Below are positions 37,403-49,597 of a stretch of DNA of 64,000 bases, piece by piece. Made by a program: the position numbers and the translations under genes. The stretch's first letter is position 1. Each line of letters begins with the position of its first letter. Source of the stretch: Felis catus (taxonomy: Eukaryota); NCBI RefSeq assembly GCF_018350175.1, contig NC_058368.1:4526001-4590000 (forward strand). The letters are read 5' to 3'. The notes beneath the pieces are model-generated. The model was not told where the DNA came from and ran no database searches. It saw only the letters and a program-made list of their open reading frames with translations.

Positions 37403-37884
37403 TAATTGATTTCTCTATCCTCGGACTTTGACTCTTGAGTGAGTGACTGAAGGACAGGAGGAATGGTTCTTCACTCATTCCCAGGGGTGGCATCATACCT
37501 TCCTACTACACGCCTTTCTTGGCTTCTTGCATGTAGTTCTTACTTCCCAGGAACAACCCTGACTGCCATCCATTTCCCAGACTGGTCCTCTAGCCATTTT
37601 CAACTCTGGGAACACCTAACATCCTTCCAATAAATTCTCTTTCTGCTGAAGCAGGTCAGTCAGTTTCTGTTGCTTCTCAACAAAAATCAAAACAAAACAC
37701 TGTTACAGAAAGCACAGAAATAAGCTGGTTGTATGTACAGGGTTGCATCGGGTTGTACAGGGTTGGAGGAGACCTCACCTACCTTCCTTCCAACTGAACC
37801 ACACTGCTTTTATTTTTGCAGAGTCTTGTTAAATCTTTGACCACGTGTGTACATGTTGCAAACTGTTGCAATCACGGTCTACGT

Positions 37885-38270
37885 TCTAGGTTGGATTATG
37901 TACCCTGTACGGGTACCAAAATCCTAACCCCCAGTAGTGTCAAAGTAACCTTATTTGGAAATAAGGTCTTAGTAGACGATCATGTCAGGAGGAGATTATT
38001 AGGGTGGGCCCTAATTCAATGGCATGGAGAAAGCCATAGTGGCATAAAGACTGAAACAAAGGCAATACATCTACATGCCAAGGCACAAGGTACCCAAGAC
38101 AAGAAGCTAGGATGGGCCGGCAGAGATTCCCGGGCCCTGCCCTCGGAAGGAAGCAGCGTGCCAACGCTTTCATCTGACTTTCACCTCTAGTACTGAGACA
38201 AAAGATTTCTGCTATTGAAGGCACCCAGTTCGGGGTACTTTGTTACAGCAGCCTTAGCAAACTGATATAA
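37885..38270 (+). mobile_element. MLT1 (ERVL-MaLR) solo LTR
   Basis: aatcctaacccccagta...accttatttggaaataaggtct...gggtgggccctaat...tactttgttacagcagccttagcaaactgata matches MLT1 as recalled. Confidence 0.8.
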
Positions 38271-39689
38271 CATACATGATTTTATTTGCTATTTTTTTCT
38301 CACTTTAAAATTGCGGTTGTCGCTTCTCACGTTGTTTGTTTTCCTGCTTACGATGTGAAGTGTGTTGAGGTCGTGGCCTAAGCAGCACCCCGACCCACGA
38401 TCCCAGCGTAACGGGACATTCCCGTGGCTTCCACTTCAGGGCCATCACGGTGCTGTAAACGCTGTGTGCATGTAGCTTTCTCTCTCCTTTTGGAAAACTT
38501 TCCCAAAACACATCACCAGATGTGGATGACCGGATCAGAGGGAACGAACATGAGGCCTGGGGCTGAGCGGCTTTGCAGAAGGAGGACAATGGATGCACTC
38601 TGTCTCCAAGGGCACACAAGGGAATGCGTTTTGAATTCTGAATGGGAAGAATGCTGACACAAGGAAAAGGAAAAGAAGGGAATTCGAGGCAAAGGGGGCA
38701 CCGTGAGTAGCGCGAAGGGAGTGTGAAAGCCCAGAGCGGATGCAGGCACGCTGGATGGCAAAGGCTGGCAGGAGAAGGGACAGAAACAGATGGAAGGAGA
38801 GACGCGGGTTTACAAAAGCCAACTCGCTTGTTTAAGGAACCGGGACTTGATTCCAACGGTGGGAAAGAGCCGAAAGCGAACAGTGACTCTGACTAGAGAG
38901 TGTAGGAGAGCCGGGCCTGAGGAGGTGACGGGGTGGCCGTGAAGGCTGAAGAGGCGACGGGGTGGCCGTGAGGGGAAGGGTTAAGGAGCCTGAGGAGCAA
39001 GGTGACCCTGAGAACCAGCGGACAGGACCTGGTGACTCCACAAGGAGGGGAGCAAAGACTCCCAGGTGTCCAGACCACGGAGCTGAGAGGTTGACCCAGG
39101 CACGAGATGTTCACCAATCTCCTCAGCCTCCACCTGCAAGCCCCCCTGGGCCCCTCCCGGTATACGTGACACGAGTTCGCAACCGTGGCAACACAATCAG
39201 GGGCAGGAGCACTTCCTCACCATTCACCGACCCTCTGACCTCTCACCACCCGGCGTGGCCCTCCTGGGACGCGGTCCTCGACAACTTCCGTGTCGGACTC
39301 CATCAGCGAACTTCCCGTCTCATTTCTGGTCGCTAGCCATCGTCCCCTTCGACCTGTCCTTAGAAACGACTCCCTCGCCCAGGGAGTTCACGCCTCCCTG
39401 GTCTCCCTCCCTTCGCCCACCCACCCGTGTTTCCTCTCCTCGTCTCCCTGGGATTTCAGTTCTTCAGGTGACGCCCTCAGCCTTCTCCAAGTCCATTCGA
39501 ACCCGTCCTCTTCGTACGGCCTCGGGGGGGTGCCGCCGCGTGGAGGGCTGGGCTGCGGAGGGGCGGTGGCCCCGCCCGGCTTCCCACCACCCGGCTCCCG
39601 CTCTCCTGCCCTCCACACGACACTCACTCCCAACGGTGAGACAGGAAGCCCTGCCGCTGGGGCCGTCATCCTGGGTGTCTGCTGCGCTT

Positions 39690-39965
39690 GTTTAAGGGGT
39701 CAGCACAGTTCAGCGGTCTTTAAAAAGGAACCTCTCGGCATTGCAAGTTCTATCTGTAGATTCAAATCCCAACCCCGCCCCTTCCTGGTGAGCGACTCAG
39801 GGCGGTTTACCCGAGGAGACGCGGGCTTTTTTATCTGGAAAACGAGGACAGTAAGAGCAGCTGGCGAGGCAGGTAATTGCGCAGATCAATGAGCCGCTAC
39901 AGCAGAGCACACGGCCAGGCTGCCCCCCCCGCCCCGGGTGAGTCTCCGCTGAACGTGAGCTCTAG
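39690..39965 (+). mobile_element. MIR, GC-shifted
   Basis: gattcaaatccca...atctggaaaacgaggacagtaa...gatcaatgag is collinear with the MIR consensus as recalled. Confidence 0.55.
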
Positions 39966-40556
39966 TCACGCTGGTCCAGGGCACGGCAGGCCACGCCACC
40001 ATGAGACCGGCTGGCCGCACGGACACGAGTGTCAGTGTGGGGGAGGATTTCCTTTCTTAAGAACGTACACATCATTCATTCCGAGGACACGTGGGACCAG
40101 TTCAAGTCGCCAAGTACTGACTGGGTAAGTACTGAGAGCATATTAAAACTACTACATTAGGTGGGCTTTTCTCTGCTGTTCAGAGGGGCGTCAGTGGATC
40201 TCAGACACCCAGAAAGAGCTTCGGAAGGGTTGCGACAAACGCCCGGGACCCCGTGCTTAGCTCTCCACCCGCAGGCGCTCGGCCACACAGACGCGACAGG
40301 AGCAAACCTGTAGCACGGGGTCGCCTGATGGCACGGCACGCCCGGCCTGGATGGCTGACGACACCCCCGGGCCCGCGTGGGTGGCTGGAGACGAGCCCTC
40401 CTCACTCCCAGGCGCACGCCACCCCGGCCCAGAGGGACAGCGGAGAGGGGCGCCATCCGGCGGGCACCCCGGAGTCCCGGGGAGCGGTCCAACCGAGGAC
40501 GCCGCCCCGGTTTCTGAGAGGGGGGCCCCCGAACAGGGCGGGCCCGGGAGACTCAC

Positions 40557-40701
40557 CGTTGGACGCTCGCATCTGCCGCCGGCGCCCCACGCGGTCCAGT
40601 CCGATGGGGGTGCTCTGGGAGAAGGTGAAGGGCCGGAACCGGGCCGAAACCGCCTTGTAGGGCAGCACCTGGTGAGCTGGCACGGGAGGCCTGGCCGCCG
40701 G
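40557..40701 (-). CDS. SPATA13: SPATA13 coding exon, 145 bp, phase 0/1 (PAARPPVPAHQVLPYKAVSARFRPFTFSQSTPIGLDRVGRRRQMRASN)
   Basis: Acceptor ttttgcag|CCG and donor AACG|gtgagt. The FSQSTPIGLD motif is typical of the Asef family, and the phase joins both flanking exons in frame. Confidence 0.95.
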
Positions 40702-42347
40702 CTGCAAAAGGAAAGCAGAGGGCTGTGAGGAGGTGCCAGGAAGTGGCACCTTTCGCAGGCTCTTCACACACACGGCTGTGAGCAGCTCGGCGGCGTCACC
40801 TGGGAGCCGCTCACAGAGGGGAGGGGAAGCGCCTTCTCCAAGTCGCGTCACGAGCCTCAGGCCGCACCGCGGGGTTCGGCTGCCACGACTTACCCCAAGA
40901 TTTTCAAAACCCGGTATCGACTCACGCGCTGCCTCTCACGCCAGCGACACACCGAGGGGTGACACTCAGGAAGAGCAAAGCGTCCAAGAGGACAAGCAGA
41001 TTTAGGAAGGGGTGGCCTCTGGCGCAGAGGCGGGGTCACAAGGAAGACGTCTTCCCGGCAGAGCCGCCAGGGGCGGCCGGTGCCCAAGACCAAGTCCGGA
41101 CGACACGCTCGGACTGGCGAGCCCGTCAGGCGCTGCCACCACAGGCGCCGGGTCTCAGTGGGACCCGAGTCTTCCTCACCTGAGCTGTCGTGACAGTTGA
41201 GCTTTGTTTAAAAGAGAGCTGGTTCTCCCCAAATCGACCCGGTCTCTCTAGAAGGGCCTGTGTCCCCTGCTGACCTTCCACAGGCACCATCCCCATAACT
41301 AAATCGGAGGCCCAGTCGGTTTAGGCCTTCCTGAGGTCCTCTTAGCACTTTCCCACCCAACTCCCTAAATGAGCCTACAGCGCGTAAAATTATCTCACCG
41401 CGCTCCTCGTGATGCTCCAAAGTGAGATAATCTCTAGGCGCTTTCGATTTTCCCCACACCGCGTTTCGAGCTGAGAGAGATTATAGTTTGCTTTGGTTCA
41501 GAATTACTTCCTAGCGCGGGGCACGTCTTCCCACAAGAAGTTCACGGTATTCTTCCACTTCATTTTTTTACCTTAAGAATTCAATTCAGTTTAACGCAAT
41601 TAAACAAGAGGTATTTGAGCGCTTGCTAGAAACAAGGCGTTGGGACGGGCTTTATAGGGAGAAGTTCAACAGAAAATCCAATACCAACACAGGCTTTCCC
41701 TTTCAAGAGAATTTCGAGTTTTTTACAGTATCAGCTAGCAAGCTCAAAAAGTGAAACCGGGCACACACTCATATACCGTTCTGGGAATCCGTGACCACGT
41801 CTCAGCAAATACCACTTGCCGAACGTTATCCTGAACAGGGCCTTTATTTAAATGTCTTGTAGCCGCAAAGTGCTCTTTGGGTAACTGATAAATACTTCTA
41901 ATCTATTGGTAAAGAGCACAAAATTGGTGGAAAAAAGTATTTCCTTAGCTCCTAAAAAACCGACTCCTTATCTTCTTCTCATCCTTACATTTTAACACTG
42001 GAGGGCACTTCCCCTTCAACAACTTCTTCCATGAAGCTCACTAAATGTGCAATGCTACCTTTCCCCTTATTAAAGTCTCGAGTCATTTAGAACCAACAGC
42101 AAACCGGTTTCGCATATTGTTGGAGACTCCAGGAGAGACAGGAGATTAGTAAAAGCCATCCACATGCCAGATTGTTAGTTTAATTCACGCGTGTTTCCAA
42201 AGTCAGGAGGAAAGGCTGGGAGTCTAGCCTCCGTGAGCAGAGAGGAGAAAGAAAAGCAGCGGCCTGGTTGGTTAGTCTGCAGCAGAGAACAAAGGCCAGG
42301 AAGCTGGAGGCCTCCGCTAGCTTTGGCAGAAGCACACCAGATCTTAC

Positions 42348-42713
42348 TTGGGTCAGAAGACTCTCTATTTCCTCTGTCTGGCTGTTCCCATAGAAGCTGA
42401 CCCCGCCTATCACAGAGATGGGGCGTCTTCTCCGGCCGCCTTTGGGACAGCCCACGGCAGGGTTCTGGTCTGCAGGGTCCATGGAGGCCGTGTTTGGCTG
42501 CTGGTCCCCGTCCACAGTGTCCTCTTTCTGGGGGTCCACAGCAACGGAGTCTTCAGGAATAGAGAGACTTCGGTTGGCCAACTGGCCATAGTCGGAGAGC
42601 GGTCGGGGCCTTGACCTTCTCCCAGAACCCCACTTCCTCCTGGTGATCCTCTGAGCCTCTGTCCTCTCTTCATCCCGTGATGAGCCCCGCCTCCAGGATT
42701 CCTCAGCCACAAC
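42348..42713 (-). CDS. SPATA13: SPATA13 internal coding exon, 366 bp, phase 0/0 (VVAEESWRRG...RRRRPISVIGGVSFYG...LLTQ)
   Basis: Acceptor tgaaaag|GTT at 42713 and donor CAA|gtaaga at 42348; 122 open codons. RPLSDYGQLA and GCPKGGRRRRPISVIGGVS match Asef2 as I recall it. Confidence 0.93.
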
Positions 42714-43998
42714 CTTTTCAAATGCGAACAAGTTAGGTGAGCACCAATGTCCAGGAAGGTATCGGAAAAGAACAAGCTATGCGCTCCCTCCCATCCTCTT
42801 TAGCCTTGCCTCAAGGCTTTCTTGATCTATTTGTTTATTTTAAGAAGTTATTTGTGTAACAGAAAGACGTAACTGAGACCTGCCTTAAAATAAGCACGAC
42901 TTTCACCTTTCACTGCAGGCTGAATTAAGAGCGTAATTTAAATAGTGATGTATGGTGACCAATGAGCTACTGCAAAAGATATTAAGAAACTAAGTACCAC
43001 TGTGAGTTACTAGAAAGAACTTTCAACTGTGGTGTCACCCAAAATACACATACCAATGGCACGGGGAAATGCAGGAGCCCAGAAGGAGAAAGGAACGCGG
43101 AACACGTTAGGTGCTACTCTAAGGTATTTTCCTGCAATAATCTTTAAAAACGGAAGGTGCTTTAATAAGATTAAGTCTGGGCTGTTAAGGCCTGACATTC
43201 AGTAAGTTAAGTCTGATGGACCCGGGATTCAAAGAGCCAGATCAGGCTACTAACTAGCTGTGTGATCTGGGACAAACAAGGAATGACTAACCTTTCAGGA
43301 CTAGACAATCCCACAGCTGGAGAGTCTGTGGTCCTAAATTAGCCACTACTTTCAAATTGTTCCAATACCTTTTTCAGAGGCAACGCAATGTACCAGAAGA
43401 GGAACTATGAGCTTGGAAATGGGCAGCCTTCTGTGTGAGTCAGGCGGGGCCACTAGCTACCTTTGTGACCTCAGGCCAGTTACTTAAGGTCTGGGGATTT
43501 GGTTCGGCAACGGTTCCCTGGGGAACAATGGGTCCTTGTGTGGGGGAAATGCTGTGACAGCCCTTATCAGCCACAGTTAATTATTGCTGTTAAAAAAGCA
43601 GTGTGTGGAGTAACCATCCCCAGGCTGAGCCCTGCCAGGGGATAACCTCTGTCTCAGCAGACCCCCCAAAGCCGGGTCAGAGGAGAGTTGCTGCACAGCC
43701 CATGGGAGGGAGGGTGCAGCCGACTCTGGTCACACGCCTGTGAGCCTAGACACCTTCAGTTCTCCTACCCCTGGTCATTATTTTAAAAAGATATAAACAA
43801 TACAGACAGACAAGGGCACGTGGCAGAGATGTCACTCAAGGGCAGGCAGAACAGGCCTCCCTGGCCTAGAGACCTCCAGCAGAACTGTCCCGGCGCAGCC
43901 CGGCCCTGCCCTGAGGACCAGCCCAGCCCAGGAGGTCAGCTGCTGGCCAATCAGTGGCAACTAAGACCTTAAATATAGCCGTTCCCTGAGATCATACA

Positions 43999-44339
43999 CA
44001 GTTGACTTCTGGGCGACACAGGGGTTACAAGTAACGACCCCCACCCCAGCACCACCACCTACCGTGCAGTCAAAAATCGGCTTGTAACTTTCGGCTTCCC
44101 TAAAACTTAACTACTAATAGCCCACTGTTGGCTGGAAGTCTTACTGATAACAGCTGATTAACACATATTTGGTATGTGTATTATATACTATGTTTCTATA
44201 ATAATGTAACCTAAAGAAAAAGATACTAAGAAAATCATAAAATATTTATGGTATTATACTGTATTCATAAAAAAGAAAAAAAAAGGCACACATAAGTGGT
44301 CCTGCACAGTTCAAACCTGTGTTGCTCAAGGGGCCGCTG
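43999..44339. mobile_element. Tigger2a-like MITE, opposite orientation to the 30552 copy
   Basis: cagttgac... start and ...ttcaaacctgtgttgctcaagggg...ctg end; internal aacttaactactaatagcc is the approximate reverse complement of the other copy. Confidence 0.72.
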
Positions 44340-44357
44340 TACTATGAAAAATCTGAT

Positions 44358-44552
44358 AGGGCGCCTGGGTGGCTCAGTCGTTAAGCATCTGACTCTTGGT
44401 TTCCGCCCACGTCATGATCTCACAGTTTGGTTCCGGAGTTCAAGCCCTGCATCGGGCTCTGCGCTGACAGCGCGGAGCCTGCTTGGGATCCTCTGTCTCC
44501 CTCTCTCTGCTCCTCTCCCCCAACATAAATAAATGTCACAAAAAATTTAAAG
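44358..44552 (+). mobile_element. Carnivore SINE
   Basis: SINEC structure; TSD gaaaaatctgat. Confidence 0.88.
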
Positions 44553-44894
44553 AAAAATCTGATGAAAAGCAAAGAGAGCAGAAAGAGATTTATGGACACT
44601 CTACTCCACCAACATCATTTTTCAGATCAGGAAAACCAAAACCCAGGGAAGTTGAGTGACTTGCCCAGGGCCACACGGCCAATGAGCAGCAACAGAGACA
44701 CTGAAATGTGGGCCTCATAATTTGTGTAATAATTTGCAGAATTGTGCAAATTTGCATAAGTGTGCATAATTGTGCAACATTTTCCCACTGTACCAAGTTA
44801 CCTCTGCTCAAAAGCTAATGAGTACTAGCAATCACTGCTTACCTTGCTACCTGCTGATTCTGACTCCCTGAACTTCATGTTTAAATCAAGTCAC

Positions 44895-45654
44895 CGCAGA
44901 GGGGTCCAGAGAGCGCCACTGTGGCATGAAAACTGTTCTGAGCTGAAGGTATTTAAGCATAGGCTTCCCCCCACCTCCCTGAACTCTCTTATCTCCCTGG
45001 AAGCAGAGGTCCCAAAAGAACTCAGCAGTCGGGGCACGTGGGTGGCTCAGTGAGTTAAGCGTCCGACTTCAGCTCAGGTCATGAATTCGTAGTTCATGGG
45101 GTTGGAGCCCCGCATCAGGCTCTGGGCTGACAGCCCGGAGTCTGGAGCCCGCTTCCGAGTCTGTGTCTCCCTCTCTCTCTGCCCCTCCCCAGCTCATGCT
45201 CTGTCTCTCTCCCTCAAAAAATAAATAAACATTAAAAAAAAAAAAAAAAAGAAAGAACTCAGTAGTCATAAATCCATTGCCTTGGGATAGGATTTTCTTT
45301 CTTCTAACCAGGGAAGATGTGACTCTTATCAGCTGAGAGGAAAAGTCTCAGCAGACGTTGCCACAAAGCTATCAGACCTCCCGTTTGCTCTCCCACAGGC
45401 CCCTTTATCTTTCCTAAATCACTGGGTTTCCCATAAGTGCCCTCTCCAGCTCCCCTGCCCCTCATAAGAGGAGATATATACCTCCACCTCTAACCACTTC
45501 CTGGAGTCACTTTTTCCTGTGAACTCCCACTGGTTCACATGAAGAAAAACCCGTCTTTTCTCTTGCTGCTGTCTTTTGTCAGCCAGTTTAATTCCACGCT
45601 CCCCACGTAGTAAGCCTAAGGGGGTGGGGGGGGGCGGGTCTTTCCTCTCTGACA
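44895..45654 (+). mobile_element. MER34/MER39-like ERV1 solo LTR interrupted by a SINE (45031-45253)
   Basis: tggcatgaaaactgttctgagctgaagg start, TATA-like gatatata, tcttttgtcag...ttcctctctgaca end. SINE TSD aagaactcagcagtc / aagaactcagtagtc. Confidence 0.6.
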
Positions 45655-47169
45655 CTACACCAAGGGAAAATATGAGAAATCATGAAAAGGTTAGTTTCAT
45701 TTTTTTCACTGCATATGAAAAACAGGATTCTTATGGAGAGTTTAACTACATTATTAAACCAAATGGCACCATTTAAGCACACAAGAATTAAAAGGTTCAG
45801 AAACAAGGTGTTAGAAAGGTCCAGAAGCAAAACAAAATTACAGGCAATGAGTAGTCTGACTGGTAACAAATCTACGTGTGGTTTTTTGGTTTGTTTGTTT
45901 TGGGGGGATTTTTTTTGTTGGGTTTGGTTTTTTTGTTGTTTTTTTTTTTTGCACTTATGCAACATGTGACATGCCTCACCGAAGCTTTGCTAATGCAGAC
46001 AGGAAAACAAGAGGTTGTCTTAGTGGTTCAGGTAAGAAATCCTCTGAGACCAAAACACACTCCAGGAAGTGAGGAGGCTGGATAAAAGCAGGTATGCTCA
46101 AAGCAGGAAACGACAGAGCAGGAGACGTGCCAGGGACGGTCCCTTTAACACGTCCTGCCTCAAGTGTCAGCTACTGCTCCCACTGGGGTGGGGGTGGGGA
46201 GTGGGGGGTGGGAGGCGGGGGCACAGGATATACATAAGAACAGTGATTCTACTAGAACTATTTCTGCAGTCCCACTGAAGAGATAAAAGGAGAAACCAGC
46301 CTTTCTACGTGGCATTGCAAAAATTAGTTAACAGGACAACATATACAATTGAAATGTCCCCTTTACTCCTAGCGAGAGGGAGAGACAGTGATCTTTAGCC
46401 AGAAGAGACCTGCATCCCTTGTAAAAACAAATTTGAGCTTTGATGCATGTTTTAAAACTGAATCTCCTTTTGGCAAAGTCTGTGTACTTCCGAAATACAC
46501 CGAGGTGCATTCCAGGGAACACGGTTTGACTGTGATCACAGGATCATACCTGCAACTACAAACCCCCCGCCACCGCCACCACCGCCAACATTCCCCGACA
46601 AGTTACAACCTACCCCAGACTCCGCCACAGCTGGTGGTGGCCTACAGACACACTGAAGGAACAAGCAGTTGACCATATCCGTGCTGTCTCAGATTCTTTC
46701 TGGCCTTTAAGACGTGACAGTGAGGGTGCTGAGCGGCCATGCCAGAGGTATGCCCACCTCGGCTTCTCACAGTCCAGCAGCCCAGCAGCCGGAGCTTCAG
46801 ATCAATCCAGGGCTCCAAGCTTCATTGGCCAATTCACACCCAAGTCATAAGCCTTTGTAAACAAACTCTGCAGTGGAGTGGCTGACCTTTTAACTCTTGC
46901 TTCTCTGGACAGTTGTAAAGTACTTTCCCTACTCAGGAGCCCTGCATTTTTTTCTTCCCACACAAGGTTCCCTCCTTTGCTTCCCAAAAGTAAAAAGCCA
47001 ACGTAGATCTTAATACCTCCAGTGAGATACTTCAAAACATTTTTTGAAACCACAGTGAGAGTAAATTATTAACACAGGAAAAAGACTGGCACAAAAAACC
47101 CTGATGTCACATATATATCCATTTAGAAGCTTGGTCTAAAGGAAGTATATAGGATTAAATAGCAAAAGT

Positions 47170-47980
47170 TGTGGGTTGAATTCTGCCCTCCCCTCTCATA
47201 ACAGGTATGTTGAAGCCCCAACCCCCAGTACCTGTGAATATGATCTCTTTTTTAAAAAAATTTTTAAGGGGGCGCCTGGGTGGCTCAGTTAAGCGTCTGA
47301 CTTCGGCTCAGGTCACGATCTCACGGTCCGTGAGTTCGAGCCCCGCATCGGGCTCTGTGCTGATGGCTCACAGCCTGGACCCTGCTTCGGATTCTGTGTC
47401 TCCCTCTCTCTCTGCCCCTCCCCTGCTCATGCTCTGTGTCTCTCTGTCTCAAAAATAAATAAAACATTAAAAAGAATTTTTAAGTTTATTTATTTTGAGA
47501 GAGAGTGCAAGCGGGAGCGAGGCAGAGAGAGAAGGAGAAAGAAAATCCCAAGCAGGCTCCGCGCTGTCAGCACAGAGCCCGATGTGGGGCTCGATCCCAT
47601 AAAACGTGAGATGATGACCTGAGCCGAAATCAAGGGTGGGACACTCAACCAACTGAGCCACGCAGTCTTCGGAGATGCGATCGACTCAAAATGAAGTACT
47701 GGGTTAGGCGAGCGCTAAGCCAACGGCTGCTGTCCTTAGAAAAGAGGGAAATTTAGACACAAAGCAAAAAGGAAAGAAAGTCCTAGGAGGACAGAAGCCG
47801 AGATCAGAGTGGTGCATCTATAAGCCAAGAAACTCCAAGCACTGCCAGCAAACACCTGAGCTGGAAGAGGCCAGAACGGAACCCAGACCTCTGGCCTGTC
47901 TGACAATGAGAATAAAAGCCTACTGTTTTGAGCCATCTAGTTGCTGGAAATTTGTTACAGTCGCCTTAGGAAACTAATAC
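47170..47980 (+). mobile_element. MLT1 solo LTR interrupted by two oppositely oriented SINEs (47269-47467 +, 47485-47662 -)
   Basis: tgtgggttgaattctgccc...tatgttgaagccccaacccccagtacctgtgaat start and tttgttacagtcgccttaggaaactaatac end. Confidence 0.8.
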
Positions 47981-48753
47981 GGCAAACTGATTCAGAAGAA
48001 AATACTACAAGCAGGGAAATTTAGATGCTTTGAGAAGATGGAAAAAAAACTAAAGCAGAGCTTTTACACTGGACGAGCCAAAAGTGTTCTCAAGACGCAG
48101 ACTAGTACAATCAGCAAGCCTCCCACGTTTTCACAGGTTCTCAGTGCCCCGAACACCACGGGGAATTCAGGTACAGCCACGGAGCTGGAGGTGGGACGAG
48201 AACACATCTCGACAGCTCGTGCTGCAAGCCAGTATCGACAGATGTGGCTCTTGACCACCAAGATGTGCCAGAACTACACCCGGCACGTGTTCCCTTACTT
48301 AATCCCCACCGCCACACCGCGAGGTGGAACTACTCGTGACATCCTACCGATTCAGACGTTGGAGCGATGACGTGCTCTGGTTCACAGAGCCAAGGGAGAG
48401 CGGCCCCGTTTTACAACCCAGTCTGTCTGACTTCAAAACCTCCGTCCGTTCCACTCTGTATCTCTGCGTCCCTGGCATATGCTTGTACGGAAGGAAAACA
48501 GAACTTGGTAGGTCTTCCTACCCTCAGCTGTAGGGCTTCTTGGAATGCAGGGGTGGGGGCTGGGGGGAATGACAGGAAGGGAAGCTCTGTAAGTGCCCCT
48601 GCCATCTGGGGAAAGCTGGAGACCCCTTCCCCAATGACATGCATAAAATAAAAATATAAAGTAAGCTCATTACTTTGAAATATAATTATCAAAATATTAA
48701 AAGGATTGATATAATAGTATAGACAAAACACAGGGATTAAGAGTACTGGCAAT

Positions 48754-49005
48754 AGGGGTGCCTGGGTGGCTCAGTGGTTTGAGCGTCCAACTCCGGATTT
48801 CAGCTCACGTCATGATCTCACGGGTTTGTGGGACCAAGCCCCGTATCGGGCTCTGCACTGACAGCACGGAGCCTGCTTGGGAATCTCCCTTTTTCCACAC
48901 CTCCCCCACATGCACTCTCTCTCTTTCTCTAACCCTCTCTCTGTGCACCTTCCCTGCTTTCACTCACTCTCTCTCAAAAAATAAGTTGATAAACTTAAGA
49001 AAGAA
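48754..49005 (+). mobile_element. Carnivore SINE
   Basis: SINEC head, CT-rich tract and A-rich tail. Confidence 0.85.
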
Positions 49006-49384
49006 AGAGTCTTAGCAATAGGTCTAATAACTGCCACCCTTTGGAAATACTGTTGAATAAGCGAAGAGATTTTAAGACATCAGCGATGTGAAAAAGATCT
49101 GTGGTTTCTAGGAGTGACAAAATCACAGGTGTTGATAAAATCGCTCCGGTTTGATGCCTACGTTCATAATTTAAGGAAATGCTACACTTCACCTACAGGG
49201 GAGTGAAATTAAAGCCCCTACTCCCAAATTTCTGCTGACAGAGCCCTGGGATGAACCGAGGTTCAAAACTCTCCGTTTACATAGTCTCACTTAAGACTAG
49301 TCTATAGCACCAGCTCTGGGCTCCAACTCCACAGAAGTATAACTTTGGGCCTTATATATTACAAGTTTAAAAAGTGTTCTCTCA

Positions 49385-49597
49385 GGGGTGCCTGGGCGGC
49401 TCAGTCCATTGAGCAACCGACTCCTGATTTCAGCTCAGGTCATGATCTCACAATCATGAGATGGCTCCTTGCGCTGGGTGTGGATCCTGCTTGGGATTCA
49501 TTCTCATTCTCTCTCTCTTTCTCTCTCTGCCCCTCCCCCACTCACATGTGTGTGCGCATGTATGCACACGATCTCTTTCATAAATAAATAAATAAAT
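49385..49597 (+). mobile_element. Carnivore SINE (older)
   Basis: SINEC head and (TAAA)n tail. Confidence 0.82.

Larger units (their letters stand above)
39150..41200. promoter_or_regulatory. CpG/GC-rich domain surrounding the 145-bp exon
   Basis: Dense CpGs across about 2 kb, against AT-richer flanks. Confidence 0.55.

Noticed and set aside
38900..41200. Long ORFs in the GC-rich domain (e.g. 39290-39892)
   Set aside because: Same GC artefact; only the 40557-40701 exon is recognisable coding sequence.
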